Source: an uncultured Candidatus Saccharibacteria bacterium
GTDB lineage: Bacteria > Patescibacteriota > Minisyncoccia > Phycocordibacterales > XYD1-FULL-46-19
Assembly (NCBI GenBank): GCA_964510655.1
Contig: CAZEAY010000001.1
Span: 99,302-163,301 of the forward strand
DNA: 64,000 bases
Direction: 5' to 3'
Part shown: positions 38,029 through 47,711 of the stretch, piece after piece
Layout: every line of letters starts with the position of its first letter
Position numbering within the stretch: position 1 is the first letter of the stretch
The notes under the pieces: model-generated
Databases searched by the model: none
What the model was told of the DNA's origin: nothing
What the model saw: only the letters and a program-made list of their open reading frames with translations
Made by a program: the position numbers and the translations under genes

Positions 38029-38607
38029 ATGGAAATGATTATGGAAAGAACTGACTCAGAATTGATTTCTGATTATCAGGCTGGAAATCAGTCTTCTTTT
38101 GATCTACTTGTTTCTCGCCATCTTAAATTAGTTTACTTATTTATTATGCGTTTGGTAGGAAATTCGGGGGAAGTGGAAGACCTGACCCAAGAAACTTTTG
38201 TTAAGGTTTGGAAGAATTTGGATAAATATGATCAGCGCCAAGATTTTAAAAATTGGATTTTGAAGATTGCCAAAAATACCACTTACGATTGGTTTAGAAA
38301 AAAGAAATCTGTAAATTTTTCTGATCTGACTCGCATGGATGAAGAGAAATTTGAGGATACCTTGCCCGATCCCGCTCTTTTGCCTGATGCCATTTTTGCC
38401 CAAAAAGAACTTGGTACTCATTTAACCAAGGCATTGGATATGATTGCTGTACCTGGACGTACGATCCTTGTTTTGCACTTGGAAGATGGGCTTACCTTTG
38501 AAGAAATTGCCAAAATTGTTGATCGACCGATGAATACCGTCAAAAGTCAGTATCGCCGTGCCCTCTTGTCTTTACGTGAATTTTTATTAAAAAATGCACC
38601 AAATTAG
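38029..38607 (+). CDS. ECF RNA polymerase sigma factor
   Basis: EDLTQETF, FKNWI..IA.N, region 4 'TFEEIA...NTVKS'. Confidence 0.9.
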   Translation: MEMIMERTDSELISDYQAGNQSSFDLLVSRHLKLVYLFIMRLVGNSGEVEDLTQETFVKVWKNLDKYDQRQDFKNWILKIAKNTTYDWFRKKKSVNFSDLTRMDEEKFEDTLPDPALLPDAIFAQKELGTHLTKALDMIAVPGRTILVLHLEDGLTFEEIAKIVDRPMNTVKSQYRRALLSLREFLLKNAPN

Positions 38608-38630
38608 CCACTTATAACGTATTAAACAGT

Positions 38631-39032
38631 ATGAGTAAGGAGTATAAAGACCTGTTTGCTTTTGATAAAAATCTGACTTTGCCGGAAGACCTTTTGTCGT
38701 CCGTTTTGGAGCGTGTTCGTTTCGAGCAAAAAAAATCGGCTCGGAGAGAGCTTATTTTTGTCGGTGGAGCCGCTGTTGGTTCTTTTGTTGGTTTGATACC
38801 AGCTTTCTCCTATTTTGTTTCTACTTTTATTGCTTCTAGTTTTTATCAATATACTTCTGTTATTCTCTCTGAAGGCATGGGAGCACTGACTTTTTGGAAA
38901 GAAATAGTTTTATCTTTAGCCGAATCTTTGCCAATTTTTTCTATTGTCATTTTTCTGGCCGTACTGGTGGTATTTCTATGGTCTCTTGCCCGCACGACTC
39001 GTGATGTCAAAACTGGATTTTTAACCGCTTAG
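38631..39032 (+). CDS. putative anti-sigma membrane protein
   Basis: Directly follows ECF sigma; short cytoplasmic N-terminus then TM helices. Confidence 0.6.
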   Translation: MSKEYKDLFAFDKNLTLPEDLLSSVLERVRFEQKKSARRELIFVGGAAVGSFVGLIPAFSYFVSTFIASSFYQYTSVILSEGMGALTFWKEIVLSLAESLPIFSIVIFLAVLVVFLWSLARTTRDVKTGFLTA

Positions 39033-39049
39033 TTATTAATTAATTTATT

Positions 39050-39553
39050 ATGAATATTAAAGATATTGCTCAGTCGAAAACCTTACGTGGGGTTATTATT
39101 GGCTTAGTTATTTTTATTGGAATCAGTTTGGTATTTCAGTTGGGGGTTTTTGTTGGTTACAAAAAGGCGGAGTTCTCTGGTCGTTTTGGTGATAATTTTT
39201 CTCGATCTTTCGCTGGTGACCGCCGTGGTCCAGATATGATGGGTGGTTTTACTAAAGATATTTTTGTTGGTGGACACGGGGCGGTCGGTAAAATTGTTCG
39301 AATCAGTTTGCCAACTATCGTCGTGGCTGATCGGGAAAATATTGAAAAAATTATCTTAGTCAACGACGACACAGTTGTCAGAAGTTTTCGTAAAGATATC
39401 AAATCCGATATTTTGGCGGTTGGTGATTTTGTTGTTGTCCTAGGCTCACCTGATGATCGAGGACAGATCGTGTCTAAATTGATTCGCGTTATGCCGGAGC
39501 CGGGCTCTGGGTCGGGAGAAAAGTTTGCTAGTACCACCGTCAAATCAAATTAA
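39050..39553 (+). CDS. membrane-anchored OB-fold (DUF5666-like) protein
   Basis: TM, Gly-rich linker, 'L.VGD.VVVLG.....G.I.S..IRV'. Confidence 0.55.
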   Translation: MNIKDIAQSKTLRGVIIGLVIFIGISLVFQLGVFVGYKKAEFSGRFGDNFSRSFAGDRRGPDMMGGFTKDIFVGGHGAVGKIVRISLPTIVVADRENIEKIILVNDDTVVRSFRKDIKSDILAVGDFVVVLGSPDDRGQIVSKLIRVMPEPGSGSGEKFASTTVKSN

Positions 39554-39561
39554 TTTTCTTT

Positions 39562-41238
39562 ATGCCTATTCTAAAAATAAAAAACTGGATTTTTGGACAT
39601 AAAAAAACAAGCGCCTTGGGAATAATTATTTTAGGCCTGGTCATTTACTGGTCTTATGGGAAAATATTTGCCGGAACCGCGGAAACAAAATATGTTATTG
39701 CGGCGGTTGAAAAAAGCACTATTGTTTCTTCGGTGACTGGTAGTGGGCAGGTGTCAGCTTCTAATCAAGTTGATTTAAAGAGTAATGTGGCTGGTAGCGT
39801 TGTTTATATTGGAACACAGGTTGGTGATCGTGTCCCCGCCGGAACGATAATTGCCCAAATTGATTCTGAAGATGCAGCCATTGCTCTGGAAAATGCCCAG
39901 ATTGCCCTAAAAAAGTTAACAAAAATTGACCCCCTGGTTGTCACGCAAGCCGAGAATGCTTTGACTGATGCCGTCGTTTCTAATAAAAAAGCGTATGATG
40001 ATGGTTTTAGTAATGTTACTAGTGCCTTTGTCGATCTGACTTCTATTTTGTCTGGTCTAGATAGTTTAGTTAATGGAGTCGGTGGAAGTGGTTTTTTGAA
40101 TGATCAAAAATATTTAGCCAACGAGACAGAACGGGGTTATATGTCTCGATTGCAGAGTAGTTATTATGGAGCCAAGAATAGTTATGATAAAACTAATGCT
40201 CTATATAAAACAATTACTAGAAATAGTAGCGAAAGTGATATCAGATCTTTGGTTAGTAGTGTTTATGATGTTTCTAAAAAGGTTTCTCAGGCGATTAAAG
40301 ATGGTCAAAGTGCGACTCTGTATATCAAAAATGAATATGGTAATACGAGTGAGGCCAGCTCGGCTCAGACCAGTCTAGATGGTTGGTTGTCAGAAATAAA
40401 CACCGATTTACAGTCTCTTAGTTCTTCTTTAAACACGATTGATAGTAGTACCAGAACCGTTGCAGAAAAAAAAGCAACCCTGACTGATGTCAAAAGTGGA
40501 GCGGATCCGCTTGATGTTCGGTCTCAGGAATTAGCCGTTAGACAGAAACAATCAGCTTATGCAGATTCTTTTATTCGGGCGCCTTTTGCTGGAGTATTGG
40601 CTTCTCTTGAAATAAATCAAGGTGATGAACTTTCTAGTGGTACGACCGTGGGGGTTTTTATTACGGAAAATAAAGTAGCTAATATTTCTCTTAATGAGGT
40701 TGATGTGGCTAAAGTTAAGGTGGGACAAAAAGCTACCCTAACTTTTGATGCGATTGACGGGCTATCAATTACTGGTAAGGTGATCCAGGTTGATTTAGTC
40801 GGCACAGTTAGTCAGGGGGTCGTTTCTTATAATGTAAAAATTGGATTTGATACGCAAGATGACCGAGTAAAATCTGGAATGAGTACCAGTGTTTCAATTA
40901 TTACTGACGTCAGACAAGATGTTGTTATTGTTCCAAGTAGTGCCATAAAAACTCAGAATGGTACTAGTTATGTTTTGTTGGTTGATAAGGGCGAGGCTGT
41001 TTCTTCGTCAACACAAGGGTCTTTACTTAATACTTTACCAACGGACCAAACAGTTGAAGTTGGTATTTCTGACGATACTTCAACGGAAATAATTTCTGGT
41101 TTGAATGAAGGTGACAAGATTGTTACCAAAACAATTACTTCTGCTATTACCGCCAAGTCTACCGCTCCTAGTATATTAAGCGCGACGGGTGCTAATCGTT
41201 CGGCAACTGGAGGAGCAGCGCGCGCCTTTGGACGCTAA
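39562..41238 (+). CDS. efflux periplasmic adaptor (HlyD/MacA family)
   Basis: TM, lipoyl half motifs (G.V..G), long coiled coil, IRAPFAG, VGISD. Confidence 0.88.
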   Translation: MPILKIKNWIFGHKKTSALGIIILGLVIYWSYGKIFAGTAETKYVIAAVEKSTIVSSVTGSGQVSASNQVDLKSNVAGSVVYIGTQVGDRVPAGTIIAQIDSEDAAIALENAQIALKKLTKIDPLVVTQAENALTDAVVSNKKAYDDGFSNVTSAFVDLTSILSGLDSLVNGVGGSGFLNDQKYLANETERGYMSRLQSSYYGAKNSYDKTNALYKTITRNSSESDIRSLVSSVYDVSKKVSQAIKDGQSATLYIKNEYGNTSEASSAQTSLDGWLSEINTDLQSLSSSLNTIDSSTRTVAEKKATLTDVKSGADPLDVRSQELAVRQKQSAYADSFIRAPFAGVLASLEINQGDELSSGTTVGVFITENKVANISLNEVDVAKVKVGQKATLTFDAIDGLSITGKVIQVDLVGTVSQGVVSYNVKIGFDTQDDRVKSGMSTSVSIITDVRQDVVIVPSSAIKTQNGTSYVLLVDKGEAVSSSTQGSLLNTLPTDQTVEVGISDDTSTEIISGLNEGDKIVTKTITSAITAKSTAPSILSATGANRSATGGAARAFGR

Positions 41239-41257
41239 CATAGAAAGATAACCAATT

Positions 41258-41956
41258 ATGATTGAGGTTAAAAATGTCACTAAAACTTATCAAACTGGAT
41301 CGATTGAATTTCAGGCTTTAAAAGGGGTTTCTTTTAGTATCGCTGATGGTGAATTTGTCGCGATTATGGGACCTTCTGGCTCTGGAAAATCTACTTTAAT
41401 GCATATTTTGGGAGCCTTAGACACCCCGACAACGGGGGAATATTATTTAGACCAAAAAGATGTCTCTACTCTAAGCGATGATCAGCTGGCAGACATTAGG
41501 CGAGATAAAATTGGTTTCGTTTTTCAGTCTTTCAACCTTTTGCCTCGAACCACCGTTTTGCGTAATGCCATGTTGCCACTTGTCTATGCTCGAGTCTCTA
41601 GAGATGAACGAGAAAAAATGGCTAAAAAGGCTTTATTGGCAGCCGGCATGGATGAGGCTCATTTTTTGCATTTATCTAATCAGTTGTCTGGGGGTCAGAT
41701 TCAGCGGGTAGCAATTTCTCGGGCGTTAGTAAATAATCCCTCTTTAATTTTAGCTGATGAACCAACTGGTAATTTAGATACTGTCACCGGAAATATCGTC
41801 TTGGGAACTTTTCAAAAATTAAATAAAGAACTGGGTCGAACTATTATCTTAATTACTCATGAACCAGATGTTGCTGAACACGCTGATCGAATTATCCATA
41901 TTAAAGATGGGTTGATTGTTAGCGACAAACGAGATCATCGAAAGCGTTTAATTTAA
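41258..41956 (+). CDS. ABC transporter ATP-binding protein (MacB/LolD type)
   Basis: GPSGSGKST, LSGGQ, LADEPTGNLD. Confidence 0.95.
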   Translation: MIEVKNVTKTYQTGSIEFQALKGVSFSIADGEFVAIMGPSGSGKSTLMHILGALDTPTTGEYYLDQKDVSTLSDDQLADIRRDKIGFVFQSFNLLPRTTVLRNAMLPLVYARVSRDEREKMAKKALLAAGMDEAHFLHLSNQLSGGQIQRVAISRALVNNPSLILADEPTGNLDTVTGNIVLGTFQKLNKELGRTIILITHEPDVAEHADRIIHIKDGLIVSDKRDHRKRLI

Positions 41957-41965
41957 GTAATCATC

Positions 41966-43189
41966 ATGCATCTTTTTGATATTCTTCATGAGACATATTC
42001 CGCGTTATTTTCGAATAAGGTTCGAACGGGTTTAACAATGTTAGGAATTGTGATTGGTATTAGTTCAGTCATCATTATGTTGGCCATTGGACAAGGGGCG
42101 CAAACTTCTATCCAATCTAGTATTCAATCGATTGGCTCTAACTTAATTATTGTTTCACCGGGAGCCCAACGTGGTCCAGGGGTGACGGTTAGTGCCGGTC
42201 GAGGTTCGGCTAAATCTCTTAAACTTTCTGATGCAGAAGCTATCTCTACCCAGGTCTCTTCTATTAAAGGAGTGGCTCCGGAGGTGACTGGGCGTTATCA
42301 ACTTACTGCTCCTGGTCAAAATACCAATGCTCAGGTTTCGGGGACCGTTCCAGCTTACACATCAGTGAGAAATTTGCAGATCGCTTTGGGTGATTTTATC
42401 TCTGATCAAAACGTGAAAAGCGGCAGTAAGGTAGCTGTTCTTGGGCCCAATGTTCGGGATGATCTTTTTGGAGTAGATGCTGATGTTGTTGGTCAAACTA
42501 TTCGAATAAATAAAATTGAATTTAAAATTATTGGGGTGACGGTGTCTAAGGGTAGTGGCGGTTTCGGTAGTGCGGATGATCAAGTTTTTATTCCGATTAC
42601 TACCGCCCAACGTTATCTGTCGGGAGATGAATATGTTTCAACTATTAGTATTGCGGCCACTGATGCCGATTCCACAACAGTTGTCCAAGAGGACGTTACA
42701 ACCCTTCTCCTCAGTCTTCATAAAATTAAAGACGGGGCTACTGCTGATTTCAATACAATCAATCAGTCTGATATTACTGCGGCTGCCACTAATATCACTC
42801 AGATTTTTACTATCCTTTTGGGTTCGGTAGCGGGGATCTCTTTGATTGTTGGAGGAATCGGGATTATGAATATGATGTTAACGACTGTGACTGAGCGTAC
42901 GCGAGAAATCGGTCTACGAAAAGCCATTGGGGCGAAGAAAAAAGATATTAGTTTGCAGTTTTTAATTGAGGCGATAATGGTGACCTTTATTGGTGGAGTG
43001 GTTGGTGTTGTATTGGGATGGAGTGTGTCTATTGGAATAACCTATTTTGGTGTTTTGCAAACTCAAGTATCCTTATTCTCTATTTTGTTGGCTTTTGGAG
43101 TATCAGCTTTTATTGGTATCGTGTTTGGCTATTACCCAGCCCGACGAGCTGCTTCTCTTAATCCGATTGACGCCCTTCGTTATGAGTAG
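41966..43189 (+). CDS. ABC transporter permease (MacB/FtsX type)
   Basis: LTMLGIVIG, GGIGIMNMM..VTERTREIG.RKAIGA, PARRAA.L.PI.ALRYE. Confidence 0.95.
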   Translation: MHLFDILHETYSALFSNKVRTGLTMLGIVIGISSVIIMLAIGQGAQTSIQSSIQSIGSNLIIVSPGAQRGPGVTVSAGRGSAKSLKLSDAEAISTQVSSIKGVAPEVTGRYQLTAPGQNTNAQVSGTVPAYTSVRNLQIALGDFISDQNVKSGSKVAVLGPNVRDDLFGVDADVVGQTIRINKIEFKIIGVTVSKGSGGFGSADDQVFIPITTAQRYLSGDEYVSTISIAATDADSTTVVQEDVTTLLLSLHKIKDGATADFNTINQSDITAAATNITQIFTILLGSVAGISLIVGGIGIMNMMLTTVTERTREIGLRKAIGAKKKDISLQFLIEAIMVTFIGGVVGVVLGWSVSIGITYFGVLQTQVSLFSILLAFGVSAFIGIVFGYYPARRAASLNPIDALRYE

Positions 43190-43219
43190 TCGATTATAAA
43201 TTTAATAAAAAATAAATAT

Positions 43220-43639
43220 ATGAGTACCAAACAAATTATTTCTATTTCTGTTATCGTTTTATTAGTTGGTGGTTTATCTTTTTATAGTGGCCAGTCGTAT
43301 GGTAAGAGTCAGGTTTCTTCTCGTGGGACAGGACAGTTTGGAACAATGGGAGCTAACAATCGGCCGGGTGGTACACGAATGATGACTGGTGGTGGTTTTG
43401 TGACTGGTGAAGTTTTATCTAAGGATACAAACAGTGTAACTGTAAAAATGCGTGACGGTAGTTCTAAGATTGTTTTCTACTCTGCCTCAACCGAAGTTCA
43501 GAAGTCGGTGACTGGAAGTGCTGATGATTTAGTTGTTGGTAAAAATGTTACTGTTACAGGGAAGGCTAATAGTGATGGTAGTATTACCGCTCAGTCTATC
43601 CAGTTACGAACGGCACCAGTTAACCGACCTCAGGATTAA
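43220..43639 (+). CDS. DUF5666-like OB-fold membrane-anchored protein
   Basis: TM, Gly-rich linker, 'GEVLSKD', 'DL.VG..V.V.G..N.DGSITA.SIQ'. Confidence 0.6.
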   Translation: MSTKQIISISVIVLLVGGLSFYSGQSYGKSQVSSRGTGQFGTMGANNRPGGTRMMTGGGFVTGEVLSKDTNSVTVKMRDGSSKIVFYSASTEVQKSVTGSADDLVVGKNVTVTGKANSDGSITAQSIQLRTAPVNRPQD

Positions 43640-43732
43640 ACTGTTTCGGCTCACTAAAATATTATTTTGTTCTAATCTAAATGGCCTCCCCAGAAAGGGG
43701 CCATTTTGCTTAATTATGCTATGATAAAAAAC

Positions 43733-45010
43733 ATGAAGAATTTGGAGACTGGAGAAGATAATAAAAACAATAAATTTGACGTCATTGTTATTGGTGGCGG
43801 GGCTTCGGGAATGCTGGCTGCTGGCCGGGCGGCGGAGCGCGGCTTACGTGTTTTACTGTTGGAGAAGAATCGTTATTTAGGAGAAAAATTAAAAATTACT
43901 GGTGGGGGACGTTGCAACATTACCAATGCTGAATTTGATCGACAGATTATGTTGGCTAAATACGGTCCAGCGAAAGATTTTCTTTTTTCTCCCTTTGCGC
44001 AATTTGGCGTGCAGGATACTTTTGATTTTTTTACTAGTCGTGGTTTACCGCTAGTTGTGGAGGCACGGAAGCGGGCTTTTCCACAGACACAAAGAGCGTT
44101 GGATGTTTTTTTGACGCTAGAAAAATATATTCAAACTCATAAAGTGGTGGTAAAAACTAGTTCTCCCGTTTTTAAATTTATCAAAGATAATCAGGAGATT
44201 GTTGGAGTAAAAACGGCTGGTGGGGATTATTTTGCTAAGTCGTTTATTTTGGCCACCGGTGGTTTATCTCATCCAGAAACTGGCTCGACTGGTGATGGAA
44301 TGAAGTGGCTTACTGATTTAGGTCATACTGTTCGTCCACCGTCCCCGACTACTGTGCCATTGGCAGTGGCGGAGGATTGGGTTAAAGATCTTTCGGGGGT
44401 CTCTTTGTCGTTTATGAAAATCAGCTTTTATGTTGATGATAAAAAGGTCCTATCTAAAACCGGAAAAATTCTTTTTACTCACTTTGGTTTATCGGGGCCA
44501 CTAATTTTAAATTTGGCGGGTAAAGTAAAACCCTTCCTTGAACAGGGAATAGTGACCGCTAAGATTGATGCCTTTCCCCATACCGATTTAGGAGCGCTGG
44601 AAAAACAAATTGTAAAAATTTTTGATGCTAATAAAAATAAAGATTTAAAAAATATTTTTGACCAAATTGCTCCCGAGGGGACTGATAAGGCTATTTTACT
44701 GCTACTAACTGATATTCCGGCTGATTTGAAAGTTCATAGTATTACTAAAGAACAAAGAAAGGTAATTGTTCATTTACTAAAAGCTCTGCCTTTAACCATT
44801 ACCGGCTTAATGGGCTACGATCGGGCAATTGTTTCTGATGGAGGAGTAGCTTTGACAGAGATAGATACTAAGACGATGAGTTCTAAAATCCACCCCAACT
44901 TATTTATTACTGGTGATTTACTTGATATCAATCGACAATCGGGAGGATTTAGTTTGCAATTGTGTTGGACTACCGGTTTTGTTGCCGGAAATTCTGTTTT
45001 AAAAGATTAA
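43733..45010 (+). CDS. NAD(P)/FAD-dependent oxidoreductase, HI0933/BaiN family
   Basis: GGGASG, ITGGGRCNITN, ATGG.S.P.TGSTGDG, FTHFGLSGP, GGFSLQ; ATG 43733 preferred over TTG 43706. Confidence 0.9.
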   Translation: MKNLETGEDNKNNKFDVIVIGGGASGMLAAGRAAERGLRVLLLEKNRYLGEKLKITGGGRCNITNAEFDRQIMLAKYGPAKDFLFSPFAQFGVQDTFDFFTSRGLPLVVEARKRAFPQTQRALDVFLTLEKYIQTHKVVVKTSSPVFKFIKDNQEIVGVKTAGGDYFAKSFILATGGLSHPETGSTGDGMKWLTDLGHTVRPPSPTTVPLAVAEDWVKDLSGVSLSFMKISFYVDDKKVLSKTGKILFTHFGLSGPLILNLAGKVKPFLEQGIVTAKIDAFPHTDLGALEKQIVKIFDANKNKDLKNIFDQIAPEGTDKAILLLLTDIPADLKVHSITKEQRKVIVHLLKALPLTITGLMGYDRAIVSDGGVALTEIDTKTMSSKIHPNLFITGDLLDINRQSGGFSLQLCWTTGFVAGNSVLKD

Positions 45011-45101
45011 AAATAATTTATACACAGTTTGGAAATTTATTTTAGAAACAGTGGTGGTATACTATTACTGTGCGCACAATTACTAAGTAATAAAAAATAC
45101 C

Positions 45102-45164
45102 ATGTCCAAAGGAACCGGAATGAAGAAGGAAGTCAAAAAACCAAAAAAAGCTAAGAAAAAATAA
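45102..45164 (+). CDS. 20-aa lysine-rich peptide MSKGTGMKKEVKKPKKAKKK
   Basis: Own extended -10 (TGGTATACT about 45055-45063) and GCCCCGC/GCGGGGT terminator at 45177-45195. Confidence 0.5.
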   Translation: MSKGTGMKKEVKKPKKAKKK

Positions 45165-45206
45165 CTTCCTAAAAAAGCCCCGCGATAAGCGGGGTTTTTG
45201 TTTATT

Positions 45207-45914
45207 TTACTTCTTCAAGTAATATTTAAGGGTATAGAGCCAATCTTCGTCATTTTCTCCGTCAGACTCTTTTTGTTTTAGAAGCCATTCTAAATAGCCA
45301 CGGTCTGTTTCCGCTACTTCGGCCAGAGTTTTTCCTGCATGTTTACCAAAATTTATTTTTTTAAATAAGGATGGAGTGCTAGAAATTTCTATCATTTTAT
45401 TGATCGCTTCATCTTCACTTAGTCCCGTTTCTTTTATCTTTTGTAGTTGACGCCTAAAAATGGCGTAGAGGACATTTACATCTCCTTCGGCATCATGAGC
45501 ATTGCCCTCCACTTCTAAATCAAGGAAATAACGCAGGAATTGAAGGTTATACTCAGGAATCACGGCGTCGGTATCAAGATGGCGAGCAACTCGGAGGGTG
45601 CAAATAAAGCGCGGGACCGTTAGACCTTCGGCAGTGAGCATGGCGATATCAAACTTGGCATTGTGGGCCACTAGAGTGCCTTCGGAGAGGAGTTTGCTTA
45701 GGTCCTGATACATCTGGCTCTCCTTAAATAACGGCTTATCAGCCACCATTTTATTGGTAATATGGGTAATACTCATCGACTTAACAGAGATCGGAACGGT
45801 CGGCTTAAAATACTCAGTTCTAATGCCGTCGGTGGTGCGATAACAGACTTGGCAGAGACGATCTTTGGCTAAGTCATTGCCAGTAGTTTCAGTGTCTAAG
45901 AAAATTAAGTTCAT
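45207..45914 (-). CDS. DEDDh 3'-5' exonuclease (ExoX-like) with C-terminal FGKH..YLEWL domain
   Basis: LDTETTG, AHNAKFD, HDAEGD, FGKHAG...YLEWL. Confidence 0.88.
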   Translation of the reverse strand: MNLIFLDTETTGNDLAKDRLCQVCYRTTDGIRTEYFKPTVPISVKSMSITHITNKMVADKPLFKESQMYQDLSKLLSEGTLVAHNAKFDIAMLTAEGLTVPRFICTLRVARHLDTDAVIPEYNLQFLRYFLDLEVEGNAHDAEGDVNVLYAIFRRQLQKIKETGLSEDEAINKMIEISSTPSLFKKINFGKHAGKTLAEVAETDRGYLEWLLKQKESDGENDEDWLYTLKYYLKK

Positions 45915-45971
45915 TGTGTAAAATTTAAAATATTAAACAATTTATATCATAGCGTTTTTTAATCAAAGATA

Positions 45972-46220
45972 CTAATTAGTTTTTATCAACTTTAGTTTTT
46001 CCGTCCGCGAGAGTCTCTTTAATTCGGCTTCACGAGAGCGAGCTAAAGATAAGGAAGCTACCTCTTCGTAATATTTTAAAACTACTGGTCGGCGGATTTT
46101 AGTGTAGTGGGCACCGCTTTTAGCTGTGTTGTGTTCATGTAGACGTTTTTCTAAATTATTTGTACTACCGACATATAAAGTCTTGTCGGCACACTCTAAA
46201 ATATATACAAAATATTCCAT
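45972..46220 (-). CDS. GIY-YIG nuclease family protein (UPF0213-like)
   Basis: YFVYILEC.D.TLYVG.T.NLEKRL.EHN, GA.YT. Confidence 0.9.
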   Translation of the reverse strand: MEYFVYILECADKTLYVGSTNNLEKRLHEHNTAKSGAHYTKIRRPVVLKYYEEVASLSLARSREAELKRLSRTEKLKLIKTN

Positions 46221-46307
46221 AGAGCTTATTATAACAAGCTTGTATTATTATGCTTATAATTGATAAATCCGGTAAAAATGTTATATTGTTTAGGTTGTTT
46301 TAATACC

Positions 46308-46362
46308 TTGCGGGATCGCCTGCCTGCGCAGGCGGGGCAGGCAAGTATAAAGTAATATAAAT
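46308..46362. repeat. GC-rich palindrome preceded by a duplicate of the tRNA-Gln 5' end
   Basis: TTGCGGGATCG at 46308-46318 and 46363-46373; GCCTGCC/GGCAGGC palindrome 46318-46342. Confidence 0.6.
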
Positions 46363-46363
46363 T

Positions 46364-46437
46364 TGCGGGATCGTCTAAAGGTAGGACAGAGGCCTTTGAA
46401 GCCTTTAATCGGGGTTCGATTCCCTGTCCCGCAGCCA
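46364..46437 (+). tRNA. tRNA-Gln(TTG), CCA encoded
   Basis: TGCGGGA/TCCCGCA acceptor, GAGGC-CTTTGAA-GCCTT, GTTCGA. Confidence 0.94.
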
Positions 46438-46537
46438 AATCGGAGCTTTTTGCAAGCGAAGCGTTCCATTACAAAAAGGCTGCGATTTGCGTCGCGGTGT
46501 TTTGGAACGAAAACACAAGACGAGGAACACGTAAAAT

Positions 46538-47350
46538 ATGTATTCTGATTCAATTATAAGGAAAAAGGGAAAATTGCCAGGTAAAACAGTTGCTATTTTT
46601 GCGGGTATTCATGGTAATGAAAAAGTAGGTGTACTAACTCTCCAAAAGATAATAAAAGAGATTAAAATTATTTCGGGAACTGTTTATTTTGTTTTTGCTA
46701 ATCCTCCAGCGATAAATAAAAATAAAAGAAGTCTAAACAAAAATCTTAACCGTCTTTTCAGTAGAGATGTTGAAGGAAGTGATTTTGAGAATAGACGCGC
46801 AAATGAGCTAATGGATATTTTAGATAAATGTGATGCTCTTCTGGATATCCACTCCTATAACAGTAAAAAAGGTGACCAGTTTGCCATCTCTGAAAAGAGA
46901 GGACATAAGATACTAGAAAATATGAATTTCCCGATAATAGGGAGTGGTTTTAGCAAGCTCGGTTTTGGTACAGATGGATATATGGAAAAACAAAATAAGA
47001 TTGGTATATGTATCGAATGCGGGACGACAAATAGGTATAAGAATTTTCTTAATTTAGCAGAAAGTTCAGTTTATCAATTTTTATATTATTTCAACTGTAT
47101 TGATAAAAAGGTCGAGTATTCAAAAGTTAAACAAAAATATGTACAGGTAAAAAGAATGCTTTACAAGAAGACTTCGCAATTTAAATTTACAAAGGAATAT
47201 AAAGATTTCGAAATATTGCCGAATAAAACTCCTTTTGCTGTTGATGGGGAGATAAGATATATTGCCTCAAAGAATGAGTGTGTTTTATTCCCACGCCCTA
47301 ATGTTAAGGTTGGAGAAGAGGTGGGTATCATTGGTGAGTTTGTAAACTAA
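46538..47350 (+). CDS. succinylglutamate desuccinylase/aspartoacylase (M14-like) family protein
   Basis: AGIHGNE, NLNR, LDIHS, ECG; visibly A-rich composition. Confidence 0.85.
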   Translation: MYSDSIIRKKGKLPGKTVAIFAGIHGNEKVGVLTLQKIIKEIKIISGTVYFVFANPPAINKNKRSLNKNLNRLFSRDVEGSDFENRRANELMDILDKCDALLDIHSYNSKKGDQFAISEKRGHKILENMNFPIIGSGFSKLGFGTDGYMEKQNKIGICIECGTTNRYKNFLNLAESSVYQFLYYFNCIDKKVEYSKVKQKYVQVKRMLYKKTSQFKFTKEYKDFEILPNKTPFAVDGEIRYIASKNECVLFPRPNVKVGEEVGIIGEFVN

Positions 47351-47391
47351 AATTTATACTAGTAATATTTCGTTTTTTTTGGGTTTAATTA

Positions 47392-47478
47392 CTTCCCAAA
47401 ATTTTAAACCCCCGAAGCACATCCCAGCCTCGGGGGTTTCTCCTTTCTTTATTTTGGTATCTGAAAGAGTGCGATTCT
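47392..47478 (-). pseudogene. duplicated 3' end (RIALFQIPK*) plus terminator of the 2H-phosphoesterase gene
   Basis: Imperfect direct repeat of 48913-49000 with a 33-bp identical core. Confidence 0.8.
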
Positions 47479-47527
47479 TAGAGACATATGGGATATAATT
47501 TTTAGGTAAAAAGAGATTAATTGCCAC

Positions 47528-47711
47528 TTGACATTTTATATTTTAAGTGTATAAATATCTTTAGATGGTTTGTCTAAGCAGGGGTGTGATTTGGTGTCGG
47601 CATTTTGGGCGTTTATGTGCTTAAAGTGCCGCTACCAAATGAGTTCGGTATTATACCGAACCGCTTATCACAAGTAAGTAATTATGGCGGTGACCAAACA
47701 AGGAGGCCGTT
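47528..47711 (+). promoter_or_regulatory. sigma70-type promoter and about 140-nt structured 5' leader
   Basis: TTGACA at 47528, TATAAA at 47550; three hairpins closed by GTTTG-TC/GACCAAAC; AAGGAGG SD at 47700. Confidence 0.55.

Noticed and set aside
38029-43639. ECF sigma-MacAB-like operon as a novel system
   Set aside because: Composed of well-known families in a common arrangement.
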